Part shown: positions 31,974 through 41,825 of the stretch, piece after piece
How positions within the stretch are numbered: the stretch's first letter is position 1
How the letters are laid out: every line of letters begins with the position of its first letter
Assembly: GCA_046290465.1 (NCBI GenBank)
Contig: JBKAGP010000001.1
Coordinates: forward strand, 3,616,001 to 3,680,000
Length of the DNA: 64,000 nucleotides
Reading direction: 5' to 3'
DNA from: Planctomycetota bacterium
GTDB taxonomy: Bacteria > Planctomycetota > UBA1135 > UBA2386
The notes under the pieces: model-generated
What the model was told of the DNA's origin: nothing
Seen by the model: only the letters and a program-made list of their open reading frames with translations
Database searches by the model: none
Translations under genes and position numbers: made by a program

Positions 31974-33830
31974 ATGCCGCACATCCGCACCGTCATCGTC
32001 TTCGCCGCGCTCGCGACCAGCGCGCTCTGCCAGACCACCGAGAACGATGCCCCCGATCCTCAGCTCGCCGAGCAGCAGCGCCTCGAGCAGCTGTTCGCCG
32101 CACAGATGTCCGGCTGCAAGATGACCGGACGGTTCACGCTCGACGGCTCCGACAAGCCGGCGCAGCCCGAGACCTACACGCTCGGCGAGGTGCGCAAGAT
32201 GCGCGACGAGAAGTGGCGCGTCGAAGCCAAGATCGAGTACGCCGACAAGTCGGCGACGGTGCCGCTGACGGTCGACGTGTTCTGGGCCGGCGAGACGCCG
32301 ATGATCCAGGTCACCAACCTGTCGGTTCCGGGTCTCGGCACCTACAGCGCGCGGGTGCTGATCCAGGGCAACCGTTACGCGGGCACCTGGTCGGGCAAGA
32401 GCTACGGCGGCCACATGTTCGGCAGGATCGAGCGCAAGCACGACCGCGCGCGCGGCGACACCGTCTCGCTCGACGACGTGCTGAGCGGCCGCGTCGAGGG
32501 CTCCTCCGCGAGCAAGCAGGGCTCCGACCAGAACTGGCCGACGTGGCGCGGCCCGGCGGGCTCGGGCGAGGCCGCCGGCAAGCCGCCGCTGACCTGGAGC
32601 GAGGACGAGAACATCGTCTGGAAGACGCCGCTGCCCGGCCTCGGTAACTCGACGCCGGTCGTCTGGGGCAACCGCATCTACCTGACGACGGCGATCGAGA
32701 CCGAACAGGCCGGGGAAGCGCCGAAAGCCGAGCCGGAGGAATCGGGCGCAGGGGACGCCGGGCGACGAGGTGGCCGTCGCGGCGGCCGACGCGGCGGCGG
32801 CCGCCAGAACAACCCGGCGCCGAAGAACGTCTGGGACTTCCGCGTGCTGGCGCTCGACCGCGCCACCGGCAAGGTGCTGTGGAACCAAAGCGTCACGCGC
32901 ATGGTGCCGCACGAGGGTGGCCACAAGACCGGCTCGCAGGCATCCAACTCGCCGATCACCGACGGCCGCTTCGTCTACGCCCACTTCGGTTCGCGCGGCA
33001 TCCACTGCCTGACCGTCGACGGCGACAAGGTGTGGTCGCGCGACGACCTCGGCCTGATGCGCACGCGCAACGCGTTCGGCGAGGGCAGTTCGCCGGCGCT
33101 GGTCGACGACACCCTGATCGTCAACTGGGACCACGAGGGTGACTCGTTCGTGGTCGCACTCGACGCGCGCACCGGTGAGGACAAGTGGCGCAAGCCGCGC
33201 GAAGAGGTCACCAGCTGGTCGACGCCGGTGATCGCCGAGGTCGACGGCCGCAAGCAGGCGATCATCACGGCGACCGGCGCGTCGCGCGCCTACGACGTCG
33301 AGACCGGCGACGTCGTCTGGAGCTGCAAGGGCATGACCCTCAACGCGATCCCGACGCCGATCGTCAAGGACGGCGTCGCCTACCTGATGAGTGGGTTCCG
33401 CGGCGCGATGCTGCAGGCAATCCGGTTGTCGGGCGCCAAGGGCGACATCACCGACAGCGAGCACGTGCTGTGGAGCCACAAGCGGCAGACGTCGTACGTG
33501 CCGTCGGCGCTGCTCTACGACGACAACCTGTACTTCCTGCGCAGCAACAACGCGGTGCTGAGCTGCGTCGACGCCAAGACCGGCGAGGTGCGCTACGAAG
33601 GGCAGCGCCTGCCGGGCCTGCGCACGGTCTACGCGTCGCCGCTCGGCGCCGACGGCCGGGTCTACTTCACTTCGCGCGAGGGCGTCACCAAGGTCGTCAA
33701 GGCCGGCGGGACCTTCGAGGAGCTGGCGACCAACGAACTCGACGACTCGTTCGACGCCAGCCCGATCGTGCTCGGCAACCGCATGTTCCTGCGCGGCCAC
33801 GGCAACCTGTACTGCATCGGCAACGAGTAG
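31974..33830 (+). CDS. PQQ-like beta-propeller fused to an N-terminal ~150-aa beta-rich domain
   Basis: CAGGAG SD; signal peptide; NWPTWRGP begins about residue 187. Confidence 0.85.
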   Translation: MPHIRTVIVFAALATSALCQTTENDAPDPQLAEQQRLEQLFAAQMSGCKMTGRFTLDGSDKPAQPETYTLGEVRKMRDEKWRVEAKIEYADKSATVPLTVDVFWAGETPMIQVTNLSVPGLGTYSARVLIQGNRYAGTWSGKSYGGHMFGRIERKHDRARGDTVSLDDVLSGRVEGSSASKQGSDQNWPTWRGPAGSGEAAGKPPLTWSEDENIVWKTPLPGLGNSTPVVWGNRIYLTTAIETEQAGEAPKAEPEESGAGDAGRRGGRRGGRRGGGRQNNPAPKNVWDFRVLALDRATGKVLWNQSVTRMVPHEGGHKTGSQASNSPITDGRFVYAHFGSRGIHCLTVDGDKVWSRDDLGLMRTRNAFGEGSSPALVDDTLIVNWDHEGDSFVVALDARTGEDKWRKPREEVTSWSTPVIAEVDGRKQAIITATGASRAYDVETGDVVWSCKGMTLNAIPTPIVKDGVAYLMSGFRGAMLQAIRLSGAKGDITDSEHVLWSHKRQTSYVPSALLYDDNLYFLRSNNAVLSCVDAKTGEVRYEGQRLPGLRTVYASPLGADGRVYFTSREGVTKVVKAGGTFEELATNELDDSFDASPIVLGNRMFLRGHGNLYCIGNE

Positions 33831-33833
33831 CCG

Positions 33834-35060
33834 TCACTTGGAGGCGGCGCCGAGGCAGACCAGCTGCTCGGCCGTGCGCACGAACATGCAGCCGCGCGCC
33901 AGCGCCGGCGTCGCCAGGATCGGCGCACCGAGGTCGAGCGAGCCGAGCCGTTGGTGCCGGCCGATCGCGAAGCTGACCAGGTGGCCCTCGCGGTCGCCGA
34001 TGTAGATCGCGCGGCCGTTGCTCACCGGCGAGCTGAAGAAGCGGTGCTCGCTGCGTTCGCGCCACCGCTGCTCGCCGGTCTCTGCTTCGATGCAGCTGCA
34101 GTAGCCGCTGTCCGAGAACAGGTAGAAGTGGCCGTCGACGGCGATCGGCGACGGCACGTACGGCAGCCCGCGACGCGGCTTGTAGCGCACCTCGGGCTCC
34201 TTGCGGGCGCCGTCGGCGAGGTCGAACACGACGCACTCCTTGCCCGAGTCGCCGCTGCCGGTCTGCACCATCAGCAGGTCGCCCGACAGGCACGGGCAGG
34301 CGATGAACCGGTTCTTGAAGCCGAGGTCGGCCTGCCAGCGGAGCTCGCCCGACTCCGGCTCGATCGCGGTCAGGCCGTGCGCGTAGCTCGCCAGCAGCAG
34401 CACCGGCGGCGCATCCTTCGGGCGGTGCACGAACGGCGGTGAGTAGCACGCCCAGCGCGCCTTCTGCTGCCGTTCGATGCGCCAACGCGGCTTGCCGGTG
34501 CGGCGATCGAGCGCCGTCACGAAGCAGTCGTCGCCCTGGTTCTCGTTGGCGACGACCAGCAGGTCGCCGCACAACACCGGCGACGTCGCGCTGCCGTGGT
34601 TGCTGTAGAACGCGCCGAGCTCGCGCCGCCACAGCGGCTTGCCCGCGTGGTCGAGCGCCAGCGCGACCAGCTGCTTGCCGGAGGTCCACAACACGTAGAC
34701 GCCGTCGGCATCGACGGCCGGCGTCGACGACGCAAAGCTGTTGAGCTTGTGCTGGTCGTGCGGCTCGAACGCGCTTCTGCGCGCCCAGCGCTGCTCGCCG
34801 GTGTCGGCGTCGAAGCAGACGACCTCACGTTCGCCGCGCTGGTCGCCGATGCGCGTCAGGAACAGCGCATCGCCCCACAGCACCGGCGACGAGTGGCCGG
34901 CGCCGGCATCGACCCGCCAGCGAACGTGCTGCTCGGTCAGGACCGCCGGCAGGTCGGCCTTGCCGTGGCCCTGCCCCGCCGGGCCGCGCAGCCGCGTCCA
35001 CTCCTGCGCGGCGGGCGCCGCGGCCAGCAGCACGACCAGCAACCCCGGCGCCGCGCGCAT
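33834..35060 (-). CDS. PQQ-like beta-propeller protein
   Basis: QEWTRLRGP, GHSSPV, YVPSP. Confidence 0.88.
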   Translation of the reverse strand: MRAAPGLLVVLLAAAPAAQEWTRLRGPAGQGHGKADLPAVLTEQHVRWRVDAGAGHSSPVLWGDALFLTRIGDQRGEREVVCFDADTGEQRWARRSAFEPHDQHKLNSFASSTPAVDADGVYVLWTSGKQLVALALDHAGKPLWRRELGAFYSNHGSATSPVLCGDLLVVANENQGDDCFVTALDRRTGKPRWRIERQQKARWACYSPPFVHRPKDAPPVLLLASYAHGLTAIEPESGELRWQADLGFKNRFIACPCLSGDLLMVQTGSGDSGKECVVFDLADGARKEPEVRYKPRRGLPYVPSPIAVDGHFYLFSDSGYCSCIEAETGEQRWRERSEHRFFSSPVSNGRAIYIGDREGHLVSFAIGRHQRLGSLDLGAPILATPALARGCMFVRTAEQLVCLGAASK

Positions 35061-36490
35061 CACTTCGCCCCCAGACGGTAAAGGTGGCCGTGCGTGCGGA
35101 TCCAGACGCTGTCGTCGACCAGCGCGGGCGTCGCGAAGCACTCCTCGCCGAAGTCGGCGCGGTGCAGTTCTTCGAGGCCGCCGGCGGCGAGCACGGTCAG
35201 CACGCCCGATTCCCCGAGCAGGTAGACCTTGCCGTCACCGGCCACCGGTGAGGCGAAGTAGGCGTCGCCGGCGTCGCCGACGCGCGCCTTGCCGAGCCGC
35301 CTGCCGGCGTCGGCCGAGACCGTCGTGACCAGCCCACCCTGATCGCTGGCCAGGTAGTAGACGTTGTCGAGGACCAGCGGCGACGGCAGCTGCGGGATCG
35401 AACGGTAGTAGCGCCACTGCACGGCCTGCTCGGTGCGATCGCCCTCGCCGCCGACGGTGATCGCCATCGCCGCGTTGACCGACGCGAACGACGCCCGACA
35501 CAGCCGCCACTCGCCCGCGTCGAGGCCGCCGCTGTGGTCGAGGTCGAGGTACTGGAAGTAGGCCTTCACGCGCCGTTCGTCGACCTCGTCGCGACCGAGC
35601 GCGCCGTCGCCGTTCGCGTCCATCGCCGCGACCGCGTCGGCGAACTTCGGCAGCTCGATCTGGCGGCCGCGATCGTTCATCGGGCTGCCGTAGCCGTGGA
35701 TCCACAGCGTGTCGCCGCGCAGCACCGGCACCGACTTCATCTCGCACGGCAGGCCGCGCACCCACCAGACGCGCTCGCCGGTGTCGGCGTCGTAGGCATC
35801 GAGCAGGAACGAGCCCGGCAGGATGAACTGCACCGGCTTGCCCTCGGGTCGGTAGACGATCGGCGTGCAGTGGCCGCTGACGGCATCGGGCCGCGCGACC
35901 TTGTAGAGCACTTCCCCGCTGTGCTTGTGCACGCCCAGCACGTAGCTGTCCTTGCCGTCGTCGCACGGCAGCACCGCGACGTCGCCGACCAGGATCGGCG
36001 ACGCGCCCATCCCGTAGATGTTGAAGAACGGCCCGAGCGGCTTGCGCCAGCGTTCCTTGCCGTCGTGGTCGTAGGCGAGCATGCCGTACTCGTCGAAGAA
36101 CACGACCACGGTGTCGCCGTCGACCGCGGCCGACGCCGCGGCCGGACCGTTCTTGCCGTGGAACTCGGTGCGACGCGGCCGCGGCGCCTCGCGCCGCCAG
36201 ACCGTCTCGCCGGTGCGCTTGTCCAGCGCGTAGGTCCACAGCTTGTCGGACTCGACCGCGGTCAGGAACACGCGGTCCGCACTGAACACCGGCGAGCTGT
36301 GGCCCGGCGGAAACGCGCGCTTCCAGATCACGCCCTGCTTTGGCCCGATCTCGGCGGCGTAGCTGCCGGACGCGGCGAGGCCGGTGCCGTTGGGCCCACG
36401 GAATCGGTTCCACGGGGAGGTGGTCGCCTCCTGGGCGAGCAGACCCACCGCGCACAGCGCGGCGACGGCGAACGAGCGAACGGGCGACAT
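35060..36490 (-). CDS. PQQ-like beta-propeller with an inserted EF-hand pair
   Basis: WNRFRGP; DANGDGALGRDE and DLDHSGGLDAGE loops. Confidence 0.88.
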   Translation of the reverse strand: MSPVRSFAVAALCAVGLLAQEATTSPWNRFRGPNGTGLAASGSYAAEIGPKQGVIWKRAFPPGHSSPVFSADRVFLTAVESDKLWTYALDKRTGETVWRREAPRPRRTEFHGKNGPAAASAAVDGDTVVVFFDEYGMLAYDHDGKERWRKPLGPFFNIYGMGASPILVGDVAVLPCDDGKDSYVLGVHKHSGEVLYKVARPDAVSGHCTPIVYRPEGKPVQFILPGSFLLDAYDADTGERVWWVRGLPCEMKSVPVLRGDTLWIHGYGSPMNDRGRQIELPKFADAVAAMDANGDGALGRDEVDERRVKAYFQYLDLDHSGGLDAGEWRLCRASFASVNAAMAITVGGEGDRTEQAVQWRYYRSIPQLPSPLVLDNVYYLASDQGGLVTTVSADAGRRLGKARVGDAGDAYFASPVAGDGKVYLLGESGVLTVLAAGGLEELHRADFGEECFATPALVDDSVWIRTHGHLYRLGAK

Positions 36491-36525
36491 GGCCAGATGC
36501 TACGGATCCGGCCTGCCGGCGGCGG

Positions 36526-37761
36526 CTACCGTTTCGTCTCGATACGGTACAGGTGCTTCCGCGTGCGCAGCACCAGCGCGTCCCCGACCACCGCCGGCGA
36601 CGCCATGAAGCCCGATTCGAGGTGGTTCTCCGCCAGCTCGCGGTATTCGTCCGCCTTCGCCAGCACGACGGTGCGCCCCTCGCGGTCGAAGAAGTAGATC
36701 CGGTCGCCCACGCACAGCGGCGAACCCGAGTGCTCGCCGCCGAGGCGATGGCGCCACACCGGCTCGCCGGTCCGGGCGTCGAGGCAGGTCGCGTAGCCGC
36801 CGTCGTCGACCATGAAGATGCGGTCCCCGACCAGCAGCGGCGACGGCATCTTGGGCACGTTGCGCCGCCACGTCCACGCGACCTTCTCGTCGGTCACGTC
36901 GCCGCTGCCCGCGAGCTCGACCGCGTAGAGCTGCGCGCGCATGAACCCCGTCGGGATGTAGACGCGCACGCCGTCGGTGAGCGGTCGCGACGCCAGCGAG
37001 AAGCCCTTGTAGCGCACGCGCCACAGCTCCTTGCCGGTCTCGAGGTCGTAGGCCATCGCCGCGTGCGCGCCGGGGCTGAGCAGCACGCGGGTGCCGTCGA
37101 GCTCGGTGACGATCGGCGTGCAGTAGGCCTTGCGCAGGTCCTTCTGCATGCTGGCGAGGTCGATCGAACGCTCGGTCTTCCAGACGGTCTCGCCGGTGCG
37201 CTTGTCGAGCGCGATGACGAACTGCACATCGCCGCCGTCGACGTGGAACGCGAGCAAGTCGTCGACCAGCACCGGGGACGAGCCCGGCCCTTCCATGTGG
37301 TCGCAGTTGATGTCGCGTCGCTGCCAGACCTCGTCGAACGTCTCGGTGTCGATGCACGCCGTGCCATAGGTGCCGAAGTGCACGTAGACGCGGCCCGGCT
37401 CGACGACCGGCGACGGCGACGCGTGGCTGTTGAGCGCGTTCTTCTTGCCGGCCTTCTCGACCTCGAACACGACGCGCCGGTGCACGATCTCGCCGCTGTC
37501 GGCGTCGACCGCGACGACGTGCATCTTGCGGCCGCCGTCGGTCGCCGTGGTCAGCCAGATGCGCCCGTCGCAGACCACCGGTGACGACCAGCCCTCGCCG
37601 GGGATCGCGACCTTCCAGCGCACGTTCTGCTGCTCGCTCCAGGTCAGCGGCACGTCGGCCGCAGCGACCACGCCGTCGCGCTTCGGGCCGCGGAACTCCG
37701 GCCAGACGGCCTGGGCGGCGAGCGGGGCCGCGCACGCAGCGAGAACGAGAAGGTTGCGCAT
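36526..37761 (-). CDS. PQQ-like beta-propeller protein
   Basis: WPEFRGP, GWSSPV, NSHASPSP. Confidence 0.9.
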   Translation of the reverse strand: MRNLLVLAACAAPLAAQAVWPEFRGPKRDGVVAAADVPLTWSEQQNVRWKVAIPGEGWSSPVVCDGRIWLTTATDGGRKMHVVAVDADSGEIVHRRVVFEVEKAGKKNALNSHASPSPVVEPGRVYVHFGTYGTACIDTETFDEVWQRRDINCDHMEGPGSSPVLVDDLLAFHVDGGDVQFVIALDKRTGETVWKTERSIDLASMQKDLRKAYCTPIVTELDGTRVLLSPGAHAAMAYDLETGKELWRVRYKGFSLASRPLTDGVRVYIPTGFMRAQLYAVELAGSGDVTDEKVAWTWRRNVPKMPSPLLVGDRIFMVDDGGYATCLDARTGEPVWRHRLGGEHSGSPLCVGDRIYFFDREGRTVVLAKADEYRELAENHLESGFMASPAVVGDALVLRTRKHLYRIETKR

Positions 37762-37828
37762 GGCGGGATGTTACGGCGGCGTCGAGCAATCCCGCATCCG
37801 GACCCGGCGCCGAGACGAAACGGCGACG

Positions 37829-39148
37829 ATGGCCGCCACCCAGCTCCGCATCCTCTCCTTCGTGCTCGCCACCCTCGCGGCGAACGCAGCCCCCGCCCAG
37901 GCCGAATCGGAGGCCAAGGCCCCAACGAAGAACCAGGCCGCTCCGGAGACCCAGGCCGCCCGCCCGGACGCGCCGACCGGCGTCTGGAACCAGTGGCGCG
38001 GGCCCGACCGCAACGGCCACTGTCCCGGCGACTGGTGGCCCGAGCGGCTGACCGAGCAGCGCGTCGAGCGGCTGTGGCGGGTCGAGCTCGGCCCGAGCTA
38101 CTCCGGGCCGGTCGTCGACCGCGACACGGTCTACACCACCGAGACCGTCGACAAGAAGGACGAGGTCGTGACCGCCTACGACCGCCGCACCGGCAAGCGC
38201 AAGTGGCGCACGTCGTGGGCCGGCGCCATGAAGGTGCCGTTCTTCGCGGCCAAAAACGGCTCGTGGATCCGTTCGACGCCGGCGGTCGACGACGACTCGA
38301 TCTACGTGGCCGGCATGCTCGACGTGCTGGTCTGCCTCGACAAGGAGACCGGCGAGGAGCGCTGGCGGGCCGACTTCACCCGGCGCTTCGACGCGCCCAA
38401 GCCCGACTTCGGCTTCGTCTGCTCGCCGCTGGTGGTCGGCGACCACGTCTACGTGCAGGCCGGCGCGAGCTTCGTCAAGGTCGACAAGAAGACCGGCGAG
38501 ACCGTCTGGCGTTCGATGAAGGACGGCGGCGGCATGTTCGGCAGCGCGTTCAGCTCGCCGACGCTGGCGACGATCGCCGGCAAGGAGCAGCTGCTGGTGC
38601 AGAGCCGCAACGAGCTGGCCGGCGTCGCCGTCGACGACGGCGAGGTGCTCTGGTCCAAGAAGATCCGCGCGTTCCGCGGCATGAACATCCTGACGCCGCA
38701 GCCCTACAAGGACTCGGTGTTCATCTCGGCCTACGGCGGCCGCGCCCACCGCTTCGACGTGTCGTCGACCGACGGCGCGTTCGCGGCCAACGAAGCGTGG
38801 AACAACCGCGCCCAGGCCAACATGACCTCGCCGGTCGTCATCGACCACTACGCCTATCTCTACCTGCGCGCCAAGCGCTTTGCGTGCGTCGACCTCGACA
38901 GCGGCGAGGAGGTCTGGCGTTCGAGCGGCATGGCCGACGACTACTGGTCTCTGGTCGCGCAGGGCGAACGCATGCTGGCGCTGACCGACGCCGGCGAACT
39001 GCACCTGATCCAGCACGATCCCGATGACCTGAAGATCCTCGACACGCTGCAGATCTCCGACGGCAAGACCTGGGCACACCTGTGCGTGGACGGCGGCCAG
39101 CTGATCGTGCGCGAGCAGGACGGCCTGGCGGCGTGGTCGTGGAAGTAG
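37829..39148 (+). CDS. PQQ-like beta-propeller protein
   Basis: Signal peptide, WNQWRGP, RSTP. Confidence 0.88.
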   Translation: MAATQLRILSFVLATLAANAAPAQAESEAKAPTKNQAAPETQAARPDAPTGVWNQWRGPDRNGHCPGDWWPERLTEQRVERLWRVELGPSYSGPVVDRDTVYTTETVDKKDEVVTAYDRRTGKRKWRTSWAGAMKVPFFAAKNGSWIRSTPAVDDDSIYVAGMLDVLVCLDKETGEERWRADFTRRFDAPKPDFGFVCSPLVVGDHVYVQAGASFVKVDKKTGETVWRSMKDGGGMFGSAFSSPTLATIAGKEQLLVQSRNELAGVAVDDGEVLWSKKIRAFRGMNILTPQPYKDSVFISAYGGRAHRFDVSSTDGAFAANEAWNNRAQANMTSPVVIDHYAYLYLRAKRFACVDLDSGEEVWRSSGMADDYWSLVAQGERMLALTDAGELHLIQHDPDDLKILDTLQISDGKTWAHLCVDGGQLIVREQDGLAAWSWK

Positions 39149-39269
39149 CCCGGCCCCACTAGGAGCGCGTCCATGTAGTGGACGCGCTGCCAACCGTGAT
39201 CGCGGAAGCGGAGTGTACGCGTGCGAACGGAGCTTTGCCCGCCAGCGATCCGGCCACCCCTGGATCCCA

Positions 39270-39348
39270 CAAACACCGCATACCGAACCCGGTTCATCCT
39301 GCGCCGTTTCACGGCGCAGGATGAACCGGGTTCGGTATGCGGTGTTTG
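39270..39348. repeat. REP/REPIN-like palindrome, copy 1 (perfect 38-bp arms, TTC loop)
   Basis: CAAACACCGCATACCGAACCCGGTTCATCCTGCGCCGT-ttc-exact reverse complement. Confidence 0.95.
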
Positions 39349-39444
39349 CGCCGAACGGGTCTCCGCGGCGTTGATCGTGCCCTGCGGGGAAACGGGCTTC
39401 GCCCGCTAGGCATTCGTCCGCACCGGCTGCATGCTGCTGCCGAC

Positions 39445-40185
39445 GTGAGCATTCGAATCGGCGGAGTCCCCTATGGTGTCGGCGCGCCCCTGCTGGGCGG
39501 CCTCGAGGACGCACCCGGCGTCGAACTGGTGCGAGAGCCGCCGACGGCGATGATCCCGGCGCTGCGCGCGGGCACGCTGGACGCGGCGCTGCTGTCGTCG
39601 GTCGAGGCGATCCGGCACCCCGGCTACACGATCGCCGGCGGACTCGGCATCGCGTGCAAGCGGGAGATCCGTTCGGTGCGTGCCTTCCGTCGCCGCGGCC
39701 GCAAGATCCGGCGCGTCGGCTGCGACCGCAGCTCGGCGACGACCGTGTCGCTGCTGCGCCTGTTGCTGCAGCACGTGCACCACGCAGAAGTCGACGGCAC
39801 CCCCGAGTTCGAGACGATCGAGCCGACCCGCGCACCGGACGAACTGCCGCACGACCTGGTGATGCTGATCGGCGATCCGGGGCTCGAGGCCGACGCCGGC
39901 GACCGCGAGGTCTGGGACCTCGGCACCGAGTGGGTTCGCTGGACCGGCCTGCCGTTCGTGTTCGCCCTGTGGGTGCTGCGTCCCGGCGTCGACCACGACG
40001 CCGTGCTGCCGGTGCTGCAGCGCGCGCGCGAAGTCGGCCGGCAGCGCGGCGCCGTCGACGGCACCGAAGGTGCCGCCCACTACGAACTCGACGACCAGGA
40101 CCTGGTCGGCCTGCGCCGCTTCTGGACCGAATGCCGCGCCCTCGGCATCGGCACCGAACCCGACCCCGAGTTCGTGACCCCCTGA
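39445..40185 (+). CDS. mqnA: Chorismate dehydratase (futalosine menaquinone pathway)
   Basis: RIGGVPY, IRSV, SSATTV, LIGDPGL, DLGTEW..WTGLPFVFALW. Confidence 0.85.
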   Translation: MSIRIGGVPYGVGAPLLGGLEDAPGVELVREPPTAMIPALRAGTLDAALLSSVEAIRHPGYTIAGGLGIACKREIRSVRAFRRRGRKIRRVGCDRSSATTVSLLRLLLQHVHHAEVDGTPEFETIEPTRAPDELPHDLVMLIGDPGLEADAGDREVWDLGTEWVRWTGLPFVFALWVLRPGVDHDAVLPVLQRAREVGRQRGAVDGTEGAAHYELDDQDLVGLRRFWTECRALGIGTEPDPEFVTP

Positions 40186-40220
40186 TTCGTCACCCACCGA
40201 TTCGTGACCCACTGACGCCG

Positions 40221-40309
40221 CAAACACCGCATACCGAACCCGGTTCAGCCTGCGCCGTGAAACGGCGCAGGCTGAACCGGGTTCGGTATGCGGTGTCGGT
40301 ATGCGGTGT
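40221..40309. repeat. REP/REPIN-like palindrome, copy 2 (35-bp arms, GAA loop, plus a 13-bp terminal duplication)
   Basis: Arms at 40224-40258 and 40262-40296; CGGTATGCGGTGT repeated at 40297-40309. Confidence 0.95.
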
Positions 40310-40350
40310 CCGGGGGTGTTCGTGGTGTGGTGGCGGGGTACCGTTCGTGC

Positions 40351-41628
40351 ATGATCTTGCTGCTGGCGGCCCTGCTTCCGACGATTGCGCCACAAGGGGA
40401 CGACTGGCCGCAGTGGCGCGGACCGACGCGCGACGGTGTCTGGCGCGAACAGGGCATCGTCGAGCAGCTGCCCGAACGGCTCTCGCCCCGTTGGCAGGTC
40501 GAGATCGGCGCGGGCTACACCGGGCCGACCGTCGCCGACGGCCGCGTCTACGTCATGGATCGGCTCGACGAACCCGACGAGGTCGAACGGGTGCACTGCT
40601 TTGCCTGGCAGACCGGCGAACCGATCTGGTCGCACAGCTACGCGTGCTCGTATGCAGGGGTCTCCTACACGGCGGGGCCGCGCTGCGCCGTGCAGATCTT
40701 CGACGGCCTCGCCTACAGCCTCGGCGCCAAGGGCCACCTGCACTGCTTCGACGCGAAGACCGGCGAGGTCGTGTGGCAGCAGGACCTCGACGCCGCATAC
40801 ACGATCGACCTGCCGATCTGGGGCATCGCCGCGGCACCGGTCGTCGAAGGCGACCTGCTGATCGTGCCCGCGTGCGGCAAGGACGCCTACCTCGTCGCGT
40901 TCGATCGCCGCACCGGCAAACCCCGCTGGGCCGCGCACTCGGACCGCGGCAACTACTCGGCGCCCATCGTGATCGAACAGGCCGGCAAGCGCCTGCTGGT
41001 CTGCTGGTCCGGCGATCGTGTGCTCGCCGTGCATCCGGACACCGGCAAGCTCGCCTGGGAATACCCGCTGAAGTCGCGCAACATGCCGCTCGGCGTCGCG
41101 TCGCCGCTCCTGCACGAGGACTGCCTGTTCCTGACCGGCTTCTACGACGGCTGCGCGCTGCTGCGCCTCGACCAGGAGAAGCTCGCCGTCGAGGAACTAT
41201 GGCGCCTGCGCGGCCCGAGCGAGCGCCGCACGCGCGGCCTGCACAGCACGATCTCGACGCCGATCGCGCTCGGCGGGCACGTCTACGGCGTCGACAGCTA
41301 CGGCGAACTACGCTGCCTCGCACTCGCCGACGGCAGCCGCGTCTGGGAGGACCGGACCGCCGTGCCGCGAAGCCGCTGGGCGACGATCCACTTCGTGCGC
41401 AACGGCGAACGCATCTGGATGTTCAACGAACGCGGCGAACTGCTGATCGCCCGCCTGTCGCCCGACGGCTTCGAGGAGATCGACCGCGCAGCGTTGATCT
41501 CGCCGACCCGCGGCCAGCTCAACCGCCGCGGTGGAGTCTGCTGGTCCCATCCCGCGTTCGCCTACGGCCACGTGTTCGCACGCAACGACGAACGGCTCGT
41601 CTGCGCCGACCTGCGACGGGCGAAGTGA
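40351..41628 (+). CDS. PQQ-like beta-propeller protein
   Basis: DDWPQWRGP, DAKTGEVVW, WSHPAFA. Confidence 0.88.
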   Translation: MILLLAALLPTIAPQGDDWPQWRGPTRDGVWREQGIVEQLPERLSPRWQVEIGAGYTGPTVADGRVYVMDRLDEPDEVERVHCFAWQTGEPIWSHSYACSYAGVSYTAGPRCAVQIFDGLAYSLGAKGHLHCFDAKTGEVVWQQDLDAAYTIDLPIWGIAAAPVVEGDLLIVPACGKDAYLVAFDRRTGKPRWAAHSDRGNYSAPIVIEQAGKRLLVCWSGDRVLAVHPDTGKLAWEYPLKSRNMPLGVASPLLHEDCLFLTGFYDGCALLRLDQEKLAVEELWRLRGPSERRTRGLHSTISTPIALGGHVYGVDSYGELRCLALADGSRVWEDRTAVPRSRWATIHFVRNGERIWMFNERGELLIARLSPDGFEEIDRAALISPTRGQLNRRGGVCWSHPAFAYGHVFARNDERLVCADLRRAK

Positions 41629-41677
41629 CGCCATCCCCCGACCCTGCATCGCGGACCCCGATGGCGGGCACCGCATG

Positions 41678-41737
41678 AAACACCGCATACCGAACCCGGT
41701 TCAGCCTGCGCCGTGAACCGGGTTCGGTATGCGGTGT
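41678..41737. repeat. REP/REPIN-like palindrome, copy 3 (internally deleted)
   Basis: Matches copy 2 but lacks the 15 nt between two TGAA microhomologies. Confidence 0.9.
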
Positions 41738-41825
41738 CCGGCTGCGGCGGGCGTGGTGGGAGGTTGCTGGTGGCGGATCCGGGTGCGGGGGTGACGGGCG
41801 GTGCGGGACCCTGCACGATGGCGGG

